Source: Truepera sp. (lineage in GTDB: Bacteria > Deinococcota > Deinococci > Deinococcales > Trueperaceae). From it: a stretch of 64,000 nucleotides of DNA. The stretch's first letter is position 1. Each line of letters starts with the position of its first letter. Location of the stretch: assembly GCA_965218435.1 (NCBI GenBank), contig CBDCKW010000009.1, positions 3,424,001 through 3,488,000 on the forward strand. The letters are read 5' to 3'. The translations under genes and the position numbers were made by a program. A model generated the notes under the pieces. That model saw only the letters and a program-made list of their open reading frames with translations, made no database searches and was not told the DNA's origin. Shown one piece after another: positions 9,924-19,955 of this stretch.

Positions 9924-10946
9924 ATGCGTGTAGGCATCGTCGGAGCCACCGGAGCCGTGGGACAGGAGTTTTTAAGCCTGTTCGCAGAACGCTATTTTCC
10001 TTTTACGGAGCTGACGCTCTTTGCGTCGGCACGTTCGGCAGGGAAGACGCTCACCTATGGCGACAAGACGTACACGCTTAAAGCTCTACCCGAAGACGGC
10101 AACTTAGACGTTGACTTGGTGTTTTCGTCGGCGGGCGGGAGCATCTCGAAGGCGAATGCGTGGCGTTGGGCGGAGCACGGGGCGGTTGTCGTTGACAACA
10201 CCTCGGCGTGGCGGATGGATGAGCGTGTGCCGCTGGTCATTCCTGAAATTAACGGTGAGGCGGCCCTCGGACATCAGGGCATCGTCGCCAATCCGAACTG
10301 CTCGACCATCGTCGCATTGATGGCGCTTGCGCCCTTGCACCGCGCGTTCGGCCTCAGACGGGCGACGGTGGCGACGTATCAAGCGGTGTCGGGTGCAGGC
10401 GCGGCGGGGATTGCCGAGCTGCAAAACCAGACGCAAGCGGTCCTTGTCGGTGAGGAGCCCGTTCCGCAAAAGTTCGTGCATCCGGTAGCGTTTAACCTCT
10501 TCAGTCACGACTCGGACATTGGGGACGACGGCTACAACGTTGAAGAGCGGAAATTGACCTTAGAGTCTCGCAAAATCTTGAGCGTCCCCGAACTTGCCAT
10601 CAGCGCAACGTGTGTCCGCGTCCCGGTCTTTCGTGCCCACAGTGAGGCCATTCACGCCGAGTTTGACCGGGCCGTTTCGGTAACAGAGGCGCTCGAGGTC
10701 TTAGCCTCCGCCGAAGGCGTCCGCATCGTAGACGACCGCGCCGCCAATCATTTTCCGATGCCTTTAGAGGCCAGCGGCCAAGATGACGTACTCGTCGGCC
10801 GCGTCCGCGAAGATGTTTCGCTACCGGGGGCGCTGGCGTTTTTCGTTTCGGGTGACCAAATCCGTAAAGGGGCGGCCCTTAACGCGGTGCAGATCGGTGA
10901 ATATCTCATTCGGCGCGGCGCAGTCGCTGAGGCTACGCGCTCCTGA
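9924..10946 (+). CDS. asd: Aspartate-semialdehyde dehydrogenase
   Basis: GIVGATGAVG, VVDNTSAWRM, ANPNCST, ATCVRVPVFRAHSE, DQIRKGAALNAVQI. Confidence 0.97.
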   Translation: MRVGIVGATGAVGQEFLSLFAERYFPFTELTLFASARSAGKTLTYGDKTYTLKALPEDGNLDVDLVFSSAGGSISKANAWRWAEHGAVVVDNTSAWRMDERVPLVIPEINGEAALGHQGIVANPNCSTIVALMALAPLHRAFGLRRATVATYQAVSGAGAAGIAELQNQTQAVLVGEEPVPQKFVHPVAFNLFSHDSDIGDDGYNVEERKLTLESRKILSVPELAISATCVRVPVFRAHSEAIHAEFDRAVSVTEALEVLASAEGVRIVDDRAANHFPMPLEASGQDDVLVGRVREDVSLPGALAFFVSGDQIRKGAALNAVQIGEYLIRRGAVAEATRS

Positions 10947-11066
10947 GAGAAGAAATCAGAATATAGAAGCTGGTTAGCTTGAGGAGCTATCACGTCTCAC
11001 GCAACTTCAAGGAGCGAAAGTTATCAACCCGGCTGAGCTGCCTGAAAACACGGCCTCCCGTTCACG

Positions 11067-11096
11067 CTGACTTAGGTCAAACTGACTTAGGTCAAA
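11067..11096. repeat. Perfect 15-bp tandem duplication CTGACTTAGGTCAAA x2; each unit contains a near-palindrome TGAC-N4-GTCA
   Basis: Read directly; ends 19 nt upstream of the VOC gene start. Confidence 0.9.
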
Positions 11097-11115
11097 CTTA
11101 GAGTGGGAGGTCACT

Positions 11116-11481
11116 ATGAGCTATATTACCGGACTCGATCATCTGCAACTAGCGATGCCCGCCGGCAAAGAGGCTGAAGCGCGGGCCTTTTACGGTGACC
11201 TGTTGGGGCTGGTAGAACTAGGGAAACCGCCCCAACTCGCCGGACGTGGCGGCTGCTGGTTTGCCCTCGGAACCCAGGCGCTGCATCTAGGTGTAGACAC
11301 GCCTTTTGTGCCCGCACGCAAAGCACACCCAGCGTTTACCGTTACAGATTTAGAGGCACTGAGAGCGCGGCTCGAGGTTGCCAATATCTCAACCCTAGAT
11401 GACTTTACGTTGCCGCACGTCCGCCGTTTTTACGCCGCCGACCCGTTTGGAAATCGGCTCGAGTTTGTAAGCAGGGTTTAG
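11116..11481 (+). CDS. VOC/glyoxalase-family protein
   Basis: LDHLQLAMP, FYG.LLGL.E, KAHPAF, DPFGNRLE; SD GGGAGG. Confidence 0.88.
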   Translation: MSYITGLDHLQLAMPAGKEAEARAFYGDLLGLVELGKPPQLAGRGGCWFALGTQALHLGVDTPFVPARKAHPAFTVTDLEALRARLEVANISTLDDFTLPHVRRFYAADPFGNRLEFVSRV

Positions 11482-11545
11482 ACTCGAGTGCTGTTTCGTA
11501 CTGACGGTTGCTTTTTTCTCACCTTGCTCGGGCCTAAGGTAACGT

Positions 11546-11734
11546 ATGAGTACCCAAAAATTAACCCGTTCACGTAGAGACCGCAGGATCGCCGGAGTTT
11601 GCGGCGGTTTGGCCGAATACTCCGGAATCGACGTCACGATTATCCGCATCTTGTTCGTCGTGTTCGCGCTCGCCGGCGGCCCCGGTTTACTCGTCTACCT
11701 CGTCCTCTGGGTGGTTTTGCCCAAGGGCAACTGA
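11546..11734 (+). CDS. pspC: PspC-domain protein
   Basis: L.RSR.DR.IAGVCGGLAEY..IDVTIIR, YLVLWVVLP. Confidence 0.9.
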   Translation: MSTQKLTRSRRDRRIAGVCGGLAEYSGIDVTIIRILFVVFALAGGPGLLVYLVLWVVLPKGN

Positions 11735-11740
11735 GCTGTG

Positions 11741-11765
11741 AAGCCGCCCCATCAGGCGGCTTTTT
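11741..11765 (+). terminator. Intrinsic terminator
   Basis: AAGCCGCC-N6-GGCGGCTT followed by a T-run, between convergent genes. Confidence 0.8.
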
Positions 11766-11777
11766 CACGACTCGCGC

Positions 11778-12407
11778 TTAGAGCTCAGCAGGTTTGCCCC
11801 ACTCGCCTTCGAAGACGATCTCTTTAAGAGGTTTCCGGATACGCGGCGCTTCTTCGCGTTCGCGCAGGCTCTCGGCTAGGGTGCTGCTGTCGGCAAGATA
11901 GCCGAGAGCGGTGACCGTCACAGGCTCGTAAGGGCTTGGAATCCCGAACACTTCTTTAACCTTTTCTTTGTCAAATCCCCCCATCGGGTGAACGTGCAGC
12001 CCGAGTTCGGTCGCTTGCAGGGACAAGTTGGCAAAGGCTAAACCGAGGTCGTGTTTGGCGGTAGGGTTTTCGCGGGCAGGTTTGTCGCCTTTTGCCGGAA
12101 ACATCGTGTCGGTAAGGCTGAGCAGCAAGACGGGAACCTGCTCAGTCCACGGTTTGTTGCCATCGGCTAAGCAGCTGTGAAGTTTGTTAAAACTCGGCTC
12201 GCCGTGACGTGCGATTAAAAATCGCCACGGTTGGACGTTTGCCGACGACGCTGCCCACCGCGCCGCCTCGAAGATGCGCTGCAGCTTCTCCTCTTCGACC
12301 GGCCTCATGCTAAACGCTCTCGGGCTCCAGCGTTGGCTCATCAGTTCGTGAATCAAATAGGTGGTCGGTGCGCGTCTATCTTTGGGCTTGGTTTCAGTTT
12401 GGCTCAT
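11778..12407 (-). CDS. Nitroreductase family protein
   Basis: RWSPRAF, EAARWAASS.N.QPWRF, HPMGGFD. Confidence 0.9.
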   Translation of the reverse strand: MSQTETKPKDRRAPTTYLIHELMSQRWSPRAFSMRPVEEEKLQRIFEAARWAASSANVQPWRFLIARHGEPSFNKLHSCLADGNKPWTEQVPVLLLSLTDTMFPAKGDKPARENPTAKHDLGLAFANLSLQATELGLHVHPMGGFDKEKVKEVFGIPSPYEPVTVTALGYLADSSTLAESLREREEAPRIRKPLKEIVFEGEWGKPAEL

Positions 12408-13300
12408 AAAAATCCCTTTTCATGGTGCGGCGTGACCTGGCGCAGCGCCGCTCCCTCAGCTTCAGTTAGTCCTACCAGGTGACGTGAGGCCCGCCAGAGC
12501 CGCGCCTGCACCTGCACGTCATAAGAACGTTTAGATGAACTAACGGCTTTTTTGTTGTCAAAATACTTGCCCGATACTCCGTTGACCTCGGGTGAGGTGG
12601 CGAGGTAGACAACCGTTTCAGCGCCCTCTGCGGGCGTCTTGAGAAAGGGCCGACCTACCCGGTACAAAGTTTTGAGGAAGAGTCCGTCACCGAAATTGCT
12701 GGCGACGCCGCCCGGATGCAGCGCGTTGACGGTTGCGGGCGTATCCGCTAAAAACCTCGAGAGCTGATAGCTAAACATGATGTTAGCGAGTTTGGCCTGC
12801 GCGTACGCCTTAAAGCCGCCGTAGTTTTTGCTGAGCATCAGGTCGTCAAAGTGAATCTTGCCGGTGTTTGACGCAGCCGACGCGACGTTGACAATGCGGG
12901 GCTCGGGACTCTCGAGTAGCGCCCCCATCAAGAGCTGCGTCAGCAAAAAGTAGTTGAGGTGGTCGAGCGCAAAGGTTTTTTCGTAACCGTCTACGGTTGT
13001 TTGGCGTTCTTGAAACAGTGCCCCGGCGTTGTTGACCAGAACGTCTAACTGACCGAACTGCGTCTTGACCTCCCCGGCAACGCGGCGAATCTCAGCGAGT
13101 GACGAGAGGTCGGCGGGAAAGTAGTGGAGGTCAGGGTTGCCGGTCTCTTGTTTCAGGGTCTCGGTGACCTGAGCGCCAGAGCCGGAGCCCCGCGAAACCA
13201 ACCCTACGCTTATCCCTTGCCGTGCGAGCGCCCGCGCCGTCTCGAGGCCGATCCCTGAGGAGGCCCCGGTGACGAGTGCGGTCTGTCGAGAATGTGTCAT
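12404..13300 (-). CDS. SDR oxidoreductase (retinol dehydrogenase-like)
   Basis: TGASSGIG, NNAG, YAQAK, HPG; start at 13300 follows a TAGAGT -10 element. Confidence 0.9.
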   Translation of the reverse strand: MTHSRQTALVTGASSGIGLETARALARQGISVGLVSRGSGSGAQVTETLKQETGNPDLHYFPADLSSLAEIRRVAGEVKTQFGQLDVLVNNAGALFQERQTTVDGYEKTFALDHLNYFLLTQLLMGALLESPEPRIVNVASAASNTGKIHFDDLMLSKNYGGFKAYAQAKLANIMFSYQLSRFLADTPATVNALHPGGVASNFGDGLFLKTLYRVGRPFLKTPAEGAETVVYLATSPEVNGVSGKYFDNKKAVSSSKRSYDVQVQARLWRASRHLVGLTEAEGAALRQVTPHHEKGFL

Positions 13301-13593
13301 AAGGGCTACTCTACGGTGCTTTGCACTCTTGTAAAGCATGTCGGCTTACGCACCGGCGGCGTGTTCGGAGGAGGTTTCGTGTGTGTGAATATCCTGAACA
13401 TGCGCCTCGCTTTGGCGTAGCCACGCCGACTTGTTAAATTTTAAGTAACCGCTCAGCTCCGAGTCTTTTCAGCTTTGCTTACATTTACTACGTCGTAGAG
13501 AGACATGTCGCCGTACGTCTGCTATACTCATAAAAATCTCACGTGGTTGGAGCCCTGACAGAAGTTTGTCCGGCCCAAACTTCTGCTGACTTT

Positions 13594-14871
13594 ATGATGC
13601 TGACCGTTTCCTTTTACCCCACCTTTTTCAGGCGCTTTTTGCTTCTGACCGTGCTTAGTGCGCTGATTTTGGCAGGGTGCAGGGGTGTGCAGGAGGCCGA
13701 GGGTGCGCTCACGCTGCAGATTGACGGGCGCGGCTCGAGCTACCTCGCTATTCAAGACGGTGCTATTCAAGACGGTTTAGGCGCGTGGCGACCCCTTACC
13801 CCCGGCGCTGACGCGCTGTCTAAGGTGACCCTGACAGACCCGCAGGGGCGTTACGGGGTCCTAAGTCTCTGTCTCGATACGGCGACGGGTAACTCGAGCA
13901 TCACGGTTCAGCACGGCGTCGTCGCCGACACGCCGGTCGTTTCGGCGACCTGTCTGGCCGATCCGGTAGGGGAGACGCTCAGCGTTTTAGCAAATGTCAG
14001 CGGGCTTTCACAGGGCGACTACGGCAACGTCTATCTGGGCTTTACGTCGGCGCTCTTAGACAGTGAGGCACCAACCTCTCGGCTCGAGCTTCCCGGTTCG
14101 CCCGAGGTCCGTTACGACTTGGTGGCGAGCCGTTACAAAGGTGAGGCGCGCGTTCCGAACCGTTTGGTGCTCGAGCCGGGACTCGCGCTTACGGCTGCAA
14201 ACGAGCTGAGCATTAATTTTGACGGCCCCTTTTCGTTCCAGCCTGAAGTGGCGCGGCTTTTGGTTGACGGGGTTCGCCCTGGCGAACTGCTCTCTGGCTC
14301 GGTCGAACTGCTCAGCGGCGGCACGGCGGCGCGGGTCGGCGAATATACCGGCGGCGACGCGCTTTTTTACACCCGTATTCCCGAACGTCTAGTGGGGCGC
14401 TTGGGCCGAGACGTAACGTTTCGCGCCGCCGTCCAGAGTTTTTCGTACAACGACCGCACCAAAGCGGGCTCGAGCCGTAGCCTCAGCCGCACCTTACTGA
14501 CTACGCCGAGAGAGCCTGCTCGGATAAGACTCCCTGATCCCCTCGAGCCACCTGAGCTGCGGCTTCTTGGAGCCCTCGAGTTCCGCCCTCAAGCAGGCTG
14601 GCGGCTGCATCCGGCAGGGCGGGGTGTGTACACGCAGTTTTACTCGCAGATTCAGGCCGGGCACACGGTCAGCTACCGCCTCAGCCAGAGTTCGGCGTGG
14701 CTTAAGGGGCGCGCCCCGAGGTACACGCTGCCCGACCTGAGCACGCTTCCCGACTGGCAGAGCGCGTGGAACCTGACGCGTGGTGAGGCGCTTTTTTGGG
14801 ACGTGTCGTTTACGCAAAAAACCGCCGTCAAAGAGCTGTTTGTCAACCGTTCGGGGGTGCTGACGCCGTAG
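13594..14871 (+). CDS. Hypothetical lipoprotein
   Basis: Hydrophobic signal with lipobox LAGC; beta-rich; contains a 15-bp duplication (AIQDG x2); start inferred. Confidence 0.65.
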   Translation: MMLTVSFYPTFFRRFLLLTVLSALILAGCRGVQEAEGALTLQIDGRGSSYLAIQDGAIQDGLGAWRPLTPGADALSKVTLTDPQGRYGVLSLCLDTATGNSSITVQHGVVADTPVVSATCLADPVGETLSVLANVSGLSQGDYGNVYLGFTSALLDSEAPTSRLELPGSPEVRYDLVASRYKGEARVPNRLVLEPGLALTAANELSINFDGPFSFQPEVARLLVDGVRPGELLSGSVELLSGGTAARVGEYTGGDALFYTRIPERLVGRLGRDVTFRAAVQSFSYNDRTKAGSSRSLSRTLLTTPREPARIRLPDPLEPPELRLLGALEFRPQAGWRLHPAGRGVYTQFYSQIQAGHTVSYRLSQSSAWLKGRAPRYTLPDLSTLPDWQSAWNLTRGEALFWDVSFTQKTAVKELFVNRSGVLTP

Positions 14872-15063
14872 GGATCAGTGTTGACCTTTTCAGTCGGGAC
14901 GTTTGCAGTGAGCCACGCGGAGGAAGTAAGCATCCAGCGTAGAGAACGTAGTCGGTGACCTATAAAAAACATCGTCTCTCACGCAAAATGTGATAACAAA
15001 GGCGAATCTCGGCACAGCTTGACCCAAGCTTTTGCGGTCATGCTCAGCTGAGCAGGAGGTGCT

Positions 15064-15885
15064 ATGGCTAAAGCCGAACACAAACTTGGCGCTGAGATTA
15101 CGGGCTATTACAACCATGGGCGCGAAGCAGCGCGCTTAGAAGGGGGTAAAAATCAGCTCGAGCGCCTCCGCACGCAAGAACTGCTCACTCGTTTTTTGCC
15201 CCCGGCCCCTGCTGTAATTCACGATGTCGGCGGCGGGGCCGGGGTTTATGCGTTTTGGTTGGCGGAGCGTGGGTACACGGTTAATCTGCTTGACGCGATG
15301 CCATTACACATTGAACAGGCTAGAGAAATTTCTGCATCACAAGCTCAGCCGCTCGAGTCCATCACTTTAGGCGACGCCCGCGCCTTACCTTTTGCTGATA
15401 GAAGCGCCGACGCGGTGCTCTTATTGGGACCGCTCTACCACTTGACCGAACAAAAAGACCGACTTACGGCGCTCCGCGAGGCGCACCGCGTTCTCAAACC
15501 GGGCGGGGCGGTGCTCGCGGTCAGCATCAACCGCTTCGCCTCGGCGTTCGACGCCCTTTTCGAGGGCTACTTGCACGACCCAGCGATTAGGGCCGTGATT
15601 GACCGCACGCTCACCGACGGGCAACACCGCAGCCCGGAAGGGAAGGGCTTTTTTACCACCGCTTTTTTCCACCGGCCCGAAGAGCTGCGCGGGGAGGTCG
15701 AAGCGGCGGGCTTTAGCACCGAAGCCCTCGTAGGGATTGAAGGTATCGCTTTGGGAGACTTTGAAGCGGCGTGGGCCGACCCCGAAGCGAGGGCGTGGGC
15801 GCTCAACGTTGCGCGGCTGCTCGAGGCTGAACCGACGCTCCTCGGGGTGAGTTCGCACGTGCTGGCGGTTGGACGTAAAACGTAA
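15064..15885 (+). CDS. Class I SAM-dependent methyltransferase
   Basis: DVGGGAG, GDARAL, LLLGPLYHL, RVLKPGG; SD AGGAGG. Confidence 0.88.
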   Translation: MAKAEHKLGAEITGYYNHGREAARLEGGKNQLERLRTQELLTRFLPPAPAVIHDVGGGAGVYAFWLAERGYTVNLLDAMPLHIEQAREISASQAQPLESITLGDARALPFADRSADAVLLLGPLYHLTEQKDRLTALREAHRVLKPGGAVLAVSINRFASAFDALFEGYLHDPAIRAVIDRTLTDGQHRSPEGKGFFTTAFFHRPEELRGEVEAAGFSTEALVGIEGIALGDFEAAWADPEARAWALNVARLLEAEPTLLGVSSHVLAVGRKT

Positions 15886-15932
15886 GGAGTATAACGGCGG
15901 CTGTAGATCAACCAGTCGTCTATACTCAGCTC

Positions 15933-16547
15933 ATGACGCCGAAATTATGGCTTATCCTCACTGCGCTGCTCGCGTTGCCCTTTAGCTTTGCCCAACGCCA
16001 AATGTTTGAAGCGTGTGCGCCTGCTGTAGGTAAAGTCGTGCTGAACGGTTCTCCTCATCCGGCTATCTCAGACCGAATGCGGACGATCTTTAGTGACGAC
16101 CAAGAAGCTCGTATGAAAGAGAATATTGATTGGGAAACCTTGAGCCGTAAAGATACTGAGCGCCGTGCCGAAGTGATGGGTTACCTTAAAAAGGGTCAGC
16201 TTACCACCGGGAACGATATGTATTACGCCGCCTTTATCTTTCAGCACGGGAACTGCCCGGAGCACTATCAGCTTGCCAACAAGCTTGCAGACAAGGCGAT
16301 TAAGCTTGGTTACAGCGACGCCCGCTGGATTTACGCCGCGACCCTCGACCGGTACCTGCTGAGCATCGGTAAAAAGCAGAAGTTCGGCACGCAGTACACT
16401 TCGGCTGACGGCTGCACGTACGTGCTCGAGCCCGTCAACCCGAAGACGACCGACGCGGAGCGGCAGCGTTTCGACGTACCACCGCTAGCGCAAGCGAAAG
16501 CCAGGGCAGCCGGATTCGGTGCGGACGGTTGCAAAGACAGCAACTAG
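15933..16547 (+). CDS. Exported hypothetical protein (DUF6624-like)
   Basis: Signal peptide; DQEAR, AAFIFQHG, DRYL...GKKQKFGTQ. Confidence 0.6.
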   Translation: MTPKLWLILTALLALPFSFAQRQMFEACAPAVGKVVLNGSPHPAISDRMRTIFSDDQEARMKENIDWETLSRKDTERRAEVMGYLKKGQLTTGNDMYYAAFIFQHGNCPEHYQLANKLADKAIKLGYSDARWIYAATLDRYLLSIGKKQKFGTQYTSADGCTYVLEPVNPKTTDAERQRFDVPPLAQAKARAAGFGADGCKDSN

Positions 16548-16554
16548 CTTTTGT

Positions 16555-17388
16555 TTATAGCGTTTCAAACTCGAGCAGCAACCCTTCGACACGCTCGCAC
16601 AGAGGTTTTCCCAGCTCTTTAGGCGCACGCCGCAAAGAAAAGTAGAGCGCCCGCAGCGTGTGTTTGATGTTCATAAAACTCCCGTAGCCTGCATGCATCG
16701 CCAGCTCAGCGCACGCCTGTACCTGCTCCCGAAAGCTGTCCAACCACTCGAGGCGCTTAACCGGGGTAAGCTCCGTCCGTAACAGCGCGTTACTCATCGC
16801 TACAGCAATACGCTCATCTTCACCGTCTGTATATGCCCGGTCGCGTCCCATCAAACTCTGTAAACCTCCGAGCAGTGCTTTGACCTCCGCGCCGCTGAGT
16901 TCGTGACATGTTGCCAGGGTTCCTACTGCGTCCGCTGCGTGCGCCGCCGCGTGCAACCAACCGAGCAGCGCGTCGTAGCCGCGCAAGTCCTGCTCACCTT
17001 CTAGGTAACGCAGCAGGACCGGAACCAGCTGCTGAACTTCGTCCGTAGCCAAACAAGGCTCGTGCTGCTGCCTATCTAAAACAGCCCCAATTTGCAGCAG
17101 CGTAAAAGAGCGGACGAGTACGGTTTCGTCGTCAGCTTGGCCAAACTTGAAAAACAGATGGTTGTCATCCGAAAGCAGCCTCAGCACGCTGCGAACTTGC
17201 TCAGCAGAAAGTGCTTGGGTGATCCAGGTATAAAGTGCCGGGTAGACGAGTTCGTCCCGGATGTGTGGATCGGGATGCCCTAAATACTCGGGCTCGAGTA
17301 ACCGCCGGGTCAATTCCCAGACATCATCCGGCACGTTCAACGAGCCTTGAAGGTACTCGAGGCGCGCTTTTAAGGTTTCAGTAGACAT
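16555..17388 (-). CDS. DUF2785-family protein
   Basis: PDP.IRDEL, RSFTLL, DLRGY...GW.HAAAHAAD, GEDERI. Confidence 0.8.
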   Translation of the reverse strand: MSTETLKARLEYLQGSLNVPDDVWELTRRLLEPEYLGHPDPHIRDELVYPALYTWITQALSAEQVRSVLRLLSDDNHLFFKFGQADDETVLVRSFTLLQIGAVLDRQQHEPCLATDEVQQLVPVLLRYLEGEQDLRGYDALLGWLHAAAHAADAVGTLATCHELSGAEVKALLGGLQSLMGRDRAYTDGEDERIAVAMSNALLRTELTPVKRLEWLDSFREQVQACAELAMHAGYGSFMNIKHTLRALYFSLRRAPKELGKPLCERVEGLLLEFETL

Positions 17389-17405
17389 AGTAACCAGCTT
17401 ACAAG

Positions 17406-18392
17406 TTAGCGCGAGGTCAAAAGCCTGTCGCAAAGCGTCTCTGCAACATACGCCGAGGCCAGAAACCCACGTCCGGCAAGTCCCCCGGCAAACCAGAGTC
17501 CGGGCTGAAGCTCCTTCACAACCGGCAAGTTGTCGTCCGCTTTAACCCGAACACCGTGCCACACGCTCTTCAGAGACGCGCTTTTTAGGGCTGGAACGAA
17601 CCAACCGCCGGCCCGTTGCAACTGGGTCGGGGCACTCTCGTCTGTTTGGTCGGCTGGGCGGTGATTGCCTCCCAGATAAAATGTCTCCTCAACCTGAGCG
17701 CCGTACACGGCTCCAGCGAGTGGATAAGGGAGCGCCGGTTCGGGCTCCGGCAGCGCCAAACCGATGACCTCACCGGCGACGTGCTCAAGCCCCACTACCT
17801 TTTGCCCAAGTTCCATACCGGAGCCGCTACAAAGCACGACCGTGTGCGCGTCTAAGAAGCCCTGTCGGGTAAGGACCTCGAGCCCGTCATCCGTCCTGAC
17901 GATCTGCGTGACGTCGTAATGCTCGAGTACCCTCGCTCCCGCTTCACGTGCAGCCTGTGTCAGCGCAGCCAACCACAGCTGCGACCTCAGCCACCCGCCG
18001 GACGGTGCGACAAACCCGCCGAACGGCGCGTAAAATCCCATCGGCACCTCGTCCGCACCGAACCACGACACGCCGTCTCTTTTTCGCCACTGTTTTGCTT
18101 GTTTGGCGTTTGGTGCCACCCGCAACACGCCACTTTGCACGACGCCGGTCTCTAAACCTTGACGTTCTACCTCGCTGACCAGCGCCCACATCGCCTCGAG
18201 CGCCGAGCGGTCAAAGTCACTTGCCCTTGCACTCCGGCCCCGATAGGGGTTTAAGAGCGCCACCGGGACGCTTGACGCCCCTTCAGTTTGGCCGATTCGT
18301 CCACGCTCGAGCAGCGTCACCGCCGCGCCGCGCTTGGCTAAGGTATACGCCAGCGTGCAGCCCATCACGCCACCCCCGATGATCACGATCAC
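17406..18392 (-). CDS. FAD-dependent oxidoreductase (MnmC C-terminal-like / DAO family)
   Basis: IIGGGVMG, GASSVPVALLNP, GLAGRGFL; overlaps the stop of the mnmD-like gene. Confidence 0.78.
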   Translation of the reverse strand: MIVIIGGGVMGCTLAYTLAKRGAAVTLLERGRIGQTEGASSVPVALLNPYRGRSARASDFDRSALEAMWALVSEVERQGLETGVVQSGVLRVAPNAKQAKQWRKRDGVSWFGADEVPMGFYAPFGGFVAPSGGWLRSQLWLAALTQAAREAGARVLEHYDVTQIVRTDDGLEVLTRQGFLDAHTVVLCSGSGMELGQKVVGLEHVAGEVIGLALPEPEPALPYPLAGAVYGAQVEETFYLGGNHRPADQTDESAPTQLQRAGGWFVPALKSASLKSVWHGVRVKADDNLPVVKELQPGLWFAGGLAGRGFLASAYVAETLCDRLLTSR

Positions 18393-19081
18393 AAGTTGAT
18401 GTCCGCCGGTTTTTGCGCGAACAACACCTCGCGTTTGCCCCCAACTGGTCCGGGCCGCTTGGTTACGGTGAGGCCGAGCGCCGCAAGTCGCCGCCGTACC
18501 GCGCCCTGCACGCAGTAGCTGACGAGCGTGCCCCCTGGCTCAAGTGCTGAAGTCAGCCTTTCTAAAAAGCTTTCCGTCCACAACTCCGGGTTGACAGCGG
18601 GGCTAAAGGCGTCGTGGTAGACGCTGTTAAACGCTTTTGCGGGCAGGGTTTGCGCCGTCGCCTCGCCGAGTAAAAGTGTGAGTCTGACCTGTCCAGTTTC
18701 AAAAACGCAGGTACCGGAGGGTGTCAGGGTGCCTCGCCACGCTAGATACGCCTCGACGAATTCGCTCTGCAATTTCTCGTACCCCAAGCTCCGAACGGTG
18801 GCGGCGTCTAACAGGGTATGCTCGAGCGCCGTGTAGTCAAGCCGCGCCGCCGGGTTTTCCAGGCACGCCGCTGCGGTCACAAAAAAGTTGAGGCCGGTAC
18901 CGAAACCGACCTCGAGCACCCGCACCGTTTCCCCCTCGGTCAACTTCCGGGCGACGCCGGAGCCCTCTAAAAACACGCTGCGCGCTTCGCTCAGCGCCCC
19001 CCGCTCCGAGGCGAAGGTCTGGGCGTAACGCTCGCTGTAGAGCGTCGCGCTCCCGTCCCCGGTCAGCTGCAATTTCGTCAC
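18389..19081 (-). CDS. mnmD: tRNA mnm5s2U34 methyltransferase (stand-alone MnmC N-terminal domain)
   Basis: TGDGS.TLYS, GAL.EA..VF, LEVGFGTGLN, DAFSP..NPELW, GP.GGKRE. Confidence 0.88.
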   Translation of the reverse strand: MTKLQLTGDGSATLYSERYAQTFASERGALSEARSVFLEGSGVARKLTEGETVRVLEVGFGTGLNFFVTAAACLENPAARLDYTALEHTLLDAATVRSLGYEKLQSEFVEAYLAWRGTLTPSGTCVFETGQVRLTLLLGEATAQTLPAKAFNSVYHDAFSPAVNPELWTESFLERLTSALEPGGTLVSYCVQGAVRRRLAALGLTVTKRPGPVGGKREVLFAQKPADINL

Positions 19082-19142
19082 CCGTCTACTCTACCGTGCC
19101 GGTTGAGACTGTTTTGCCGGGGCGTTGCGTTAAGCTAAACGC

Positions 19143-19937
19143 ATGATGGAGACCCTCCGAGGGGCGTGGGACACCACCCTCTCTTTTCTAACGCCCTACT
19201 ACCAACAGACGGTTGCATTCTTGCGTACTTTAGACCCGGTGGTGTGGTGGACGGTCGGGGGCGTGCTGCTCGTATCGTTCCTCCTTTGGCTCTTGCTGCG
19301 CCGCCGCGAACCCCGTAAAGACGGTCGCCCCGAGGTACTGCTCTCGCTTGGGACGGTCTCCGCGCCGGACGGTGAGGTCGCCGGGACCGAAGGCCGCCAC
19401 CTGCTGCGGCTGACGGTCAGCAACCTCAACACCTACGCCGTGCAGGTGCTGGAACTCGCCCTCAAAACGCCCGAGATGGACGTGCCGGTCACCGCTGAAG
19501 TCGCCGCCGTAGTGCCGCCGGAAGGCTCAGTGATGCTCGAGCAATCCTTGACCGGCGTGACCGGCGACGAGGGTCGCCTCAACTTGTACTTTTACACCGC
19601 TGGAAAAAGGCGTATCTACCGTTTGCAAGCGCCGTTTGCGCTCGAGCCGTGGAACAACCGCTATAAGATTTCGCCGCTCGACCAGAGTGTCACCCCGGCC
19701 AGGCAACTTGCGAGTGCCGGAGTCAGCCGCGTACAAGAACAGACGTGGCGCGAAGCGCGTGAGCAAGAACGCGCCGAAGTTGCAACGAGCAGTGCGCCGC
19801 GAGAAGCCGTATACGTCGTTCGTGAAAAGCCCCAGAAACGCCGTGAAGTCAGGGAGCGCCCTGCCGAGCTGCCCCGCACCCCTGAGCCGGTCGAAGCGCC
19901 CCACTACAGTGAAACCGTTTTTCCCGACGAGTTTTAG
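19143..19937 (+). CDS. Single-pass membrane hypothetical protein
   Basis: N-terminal TM followed by RRR; charged C-tail; TAAGCT -10 element 6 nt upstream. Confidence 0.65.
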   Translation: MMETLRGAWDTTLSFLTPYYQQTVAFLRTLDPVVWWTVGGVLLVSFLLWLLLRRREPRKDGRPEVLLSLGTVSAPDGEVAGTEGRHLLRLTVSNLNTYAVQVLELALKTPEMDVPVTAEVAAVVPPEGSVMLEQSLTGVTGDEGRLNLYFYTAGKRRIYRLQAPFALEPWNNRYKISPLDQSVTPARQLASAGVSRVQEQTWREAREQERAEVATSSAPREAVYVVREKPQKRREVRERPAELPRTPEPVEAPHYSETVFPDEF

Positions 19938-19955
19938 GGTATTACCGGTTATACT

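Noticed and set aside
11043..11062. GAAAAC..GCCTCCCGT resembling the 3' part of the Moco RNA motif
   Set aside because: The following GGAAAGG element and upstream stems are absent, and the downstream gene is not Moco-related.
11067..11096. Short direct repeats as a CRISPR array
   Set aside because: Adjacent 15-bp units with no spacers, and no cas genes in the window.
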